NCBI GenBank assembly: GCA_016906335.1
Contig: JADEYG010000007.1
Coordinates: 1,984,001 to 2,048,000 of the forward strand
DNA: 64,000 nucleotides
Direction of reading: 5' to 3'
From: Novakomyces olei
Taxonomy: Eukaryota
Of this stretch, positions 60,517 through 64,000 are shown piece by piece. A model generated the notes under the pieces. It worked only from the letters and a program-made list of their open reading frames with translations. It was not told the origin of the DNA and did no database searches. Both the position numbers and the translations under genes were made by a program. The first letter of the stretch is position 1; each line of letters starts with the position of its first letter.

Positions 60517-63500
60517 TTATATTTGGCCTCTGCCATTCGTTTCGACAATGCGCAAGCCTTCGATATAATTTGCCGTAAGCCGCTGAATCTCTCTGCATTC
60601 GCCTTCATCGTTGTTAGAATACGAATTTTTAAAAGAGGACAAAACGAATAAATAAATATCCATAATATATGGCTTTTGCAAACATACCTATCGCCTCCAA
60701 CACTTTTCGCAAAAGCTTTCGTTTGTCCAGTCCAATTATAAAAGGATCCCAGTCTTGGCCTCCACGCTGCTTGTCATTCTGCCCTTGTCCATTTGTTACA
60801 ATTAAAGGCTTACTTTCTTCATTAATCGGCCCTAGCAGGTTTCCCAAAAGCTCATCCAATTTGGACTCGTTCACTTCGTGAGCCAATCTTCGAGCATACG
60901 TTAGAAGTGTTGTCTCGTACTCGCCTTGAGACTCCATCAGCTCAGCAGCTGCTAATCGCGTTTCCAAATGCCCAATGCTGGCAATAGTCTCAAAGTTCTC
61001 AAAGCCTTCTTTGAAAAGGACACCTTTAACAACACGTTGCAGGAATCGTCCCCTTCCATTTTTCATCAGCTCCATATCTGTTCTCCTCTCAGCGAGTCCA
61101 GTGTAGCCTTTGGCAATTTCAGGAGCTGCTCTCATGCCCGAGGAATCCCAATAATGGCTCACTACAGCCCACCAGGGCTCACTCGTTCTCTCCCAGCTTG
61201 ACATCCTGTGATTATATGAAAAGCAGTCTCCGTCACTCAATGTGATAAAGCATTTACCCGTCCTAGTCACCCCGACTTGTGTTAGACTTGGTGCCGGCTT
61301 GGGCTCAGAAGTGCCGATGATCGCTGAATCCAAAATGGGGGCAATCGAGACCGGCGGGTGTACGCAGCACTGTTTTTCCATATTCCTTGAAATTAGAGTA
61401 AATAACTACATAAAAATAAAACAAATAACTAATTAATAAATTAATGAAAAAATAAAATTCCACGAAACCTACCAAACGTAAAGCTGCCCAACGACAGTGA
61501 TTGCCAAAACGATCCATTCATTGCATTCTAAAAAGCACGGGGCTGCTTCCAATACGACAGGTGCTCTCAATCGTCTTCCGGCAGCAGAGAAAAACACAAT
61601 AGATCCGTCTTCACATCCAAGAGCCAGCAAATTTGCCGACGCACAGGCCAGAAGAACAGTGCGTGGAACGTACTCCTGCCAGGCAACAGTCCCGTCTTGA
61701 AAGGCTACAACCCGGCTCGGTGATCTGTCATTCACGGGTGAATTTCGAATTTCCCAAGACATGTATGGTTTAAATTGTGGATTCAGCATTTCTTGGACCA
61801 AGGGAGCAGATAATCGAATAGATGAGGCCCCAACAGCAGGCGAAACAACAGCAGGTCGTATAAAATTGGGCGGAGTATTCTGGCCGTTATTGGAAAGCAC
61901 AATTGACCGATTTGTTGCAGATTCTATCTGCTCATCCGGATTTAATCCTCTTCTTTTATTTCCAATAATTAAAGCTTGAATACCGCCTGCGGGCAACGAT
62001 TTTGATGGAGTGGAGTATGCGTTAGAAGAGGCGGCCAAGTTGCCAAAGGAAGCGTCCTGCCCTGCATTACTAAGGTTTGTGAGAGGCGCATGGAACGAGT
62101 TCACCTGTTGATCGGCATTGTTACTGTGAATTAGTGTATGGCGATTAAACTGCAGATAAATCACTTAAATGCAAAAAATGAAAACAAAACAAATGTAGGA
62201 CAAATTAAAAATAAGACCCAAGATGTCGGAAATTAAATATTCAATTTAATATATATAATTTGCAGTCGATGAGGAATATGTGAAATTAAACAGCTCTTGG
62301 CGCTTACTTTGACGTTATCAACACAGGAGTAACCCGCTTCCTCCCGTCTTTAGTAATGCTGACTTTTTGCTGTAGAGACTCAGCAGGTTTTGTCGGTGTT
62401 GAGGCATCATTCGGAGCTGGCTTCGCAGAGAACCGCTCGAGCGACTGTGACGATGCAATCATCGGCGTCTGGTGAGCTCGTTCTACGGAAGTGGGAATAG
62501 GGTTTGATTCCTTAGCGGCATTTGCTTTCTTTTCCAAATCTAATTGTAGTATTGTCTCTGGTAGGGCCGATCCTTTAGTCAGAATTCCATAGCGTGCAAG
62601 AGTATCGTGCTGCAGATTAGTATATATATGAGGCTTGAAAAAATATTCGCGTAAACGTATAGCCGCGGAATCACAAAATTGTTTAAGACATACAGTATCC
62701 TCATCAGAAAATATCTCTCCAAGCTCGTCTTTTTCAAATTTGCATGCTACCACTGATCCATCGTATGAGCAGGCAAACAAGCACAAGCCGTCTTGTGTCC
62801 AGCACAAGTCGCCTATACTTTTCGTAGCAACTTCTGTGATTACGCAGATAGGACGCGGTTTAATCGTACTCCAAATGCTGACTGCTCTATCTTGCCCGGC
62901 ACAAGCCAGTACAGTTAATGCCGATAATTCTTTTCCATCACCATCTGCTTCTTTTGCTGCGTCATCATTTTGCTCAGACGTGTCTTTGAATAACTTTGGA
63001 TTGAACGCACAGACTTCGACTGGCGCCTCGTGCCCAATAAGCGAAATCGTCGTGTCCCACACGCCTCTTTCTATAATCGAAACTGCACACACAGGGCCGT
63101 TCATTGCATTTGCTCCCGCAACATTTGCACCGTCTGGCGACCAAGATGGCCGACGAAAGTATGTTGTCAGAGGAGAATGCTCGAATGGCTGAGAAAGAGT
63201 TTTTTCTAAATGGAAATCAGAAGATCGCCAGATTTTCAGTGTTCGATCGTCAGACTGACGTTAGCTTGATCACACTTTGGTATATTCGTATCCACAAGAG
63301 ATTCTTTCTTTTTTTGCTGAATTAGATTCTTACCTGTGTCGCAAAGTACTTGCCGGCCGGATCGAATACAACACCCTTTACATGGCTCTTGTGCGCGTTC
63401 AACGTTTTCAGTCGCTCTAAAGCATCAGTCTTGTGATCATTAAAAATGGGTTATTATATACAAGGCAGGCAAGTATAAAGGCCTCTGGAACTGTATTCTA

Positions 63501-64000
63501 AACTTGCACGTTTAACGATAATGAAAACATTTCGTCACGGCAATTTATGCAAAATCGCGTAAATATATTGAATAAAGCAAAGCCGCCCCGCTTACCAAAG
63601 TTAATCCCGCTCCACACAATAATATTACTGTCCAACCCGACGCTAATGAGAAGATCTCCGCTATGACTCCAAGCAATGTCCTGGATGTCTACATTATTAG
63701 ATCAAATTTCAACCAGCAAACAGGCCCAGGCCGATTATGCGTCGAGTCAGATAGCTTACCATTGTCATGGCCCATCAGTCTCTTCACAGACCGCCAATGC
63801 TCAACGTTGACTTCTTTTGACCCAAAAATTGGAGCAGGAGCAGCATTCCTTTTGTTTAGCAAGAATAATCAAATATAAAGTTGAAACAAACATAATAATA
63901 ATTAAAAAGGCTGAATCTTACTGGTCTATGCTCCAGACAATAAGAAAGCGGTCGTCAGATCCAGAGGCAAGGTACCTCCCATCCGGAGAAAACCGTACTG
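60517..64000 (-). CDS. HIR1: Histone chaperone HIRA (Hir1/Hip1); 5' end is outside the window
   Basis: WD40 repeats (GHDNDIQDIAW, HVKGVVFDPAGKYFAT, FRRPSWSPDG), B-domain QKVSITKDGRKRVTP and Hira C-domain HLETRLAAA; multiple introns. Confidence 0.94.

Overview
Gene-dense, intron-rich fungal nuclear DNA. From recall, the RPB2 C-terminus closely resembles S. pombe Rpb2, so a Taphrinomycotina-type ascomycete is inferred. The window holds about 30 protein genes, mostly housekeeping: CDC27, a PTP, SPT7, MRP51, CWC25, RPN9, RIB4, CSN12/PCID2-like, NOC2, RMD5, PIG-U, HRD3, an RPR2/SNM1-family gene, MIS18, an SRR1-like gene, SPP2, MET30/SCON-2, GH128, RPB2, dynein LC8, DJ-1, a TEA factor, HMT1, an XPG/FEN-like nuclease, HIU hydrolase, RAX1, RER2, GT90, TMA20 and HIR1. 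It also has an intron-containing tRNA-Thr(CGT) and many AT-rich tandem repeats. The most notable observations are: a secreted GH128 whose catalytic acid/base Glu is replaced by Gln; a divergent orphan kinase between two minisatellites; an 8-exon dynein light chain missed by the ORF track; a 4-nt micro-exon in HMT1; a recurring telomere-like promoter motif; local GC peaks inside genes; and a candidate C/D snoRNA. I see no transposon, CRISPR array or clearly novel multi-gene system. All exon models were spliced by hand, and family calls come from recalled motifs, not database searches.
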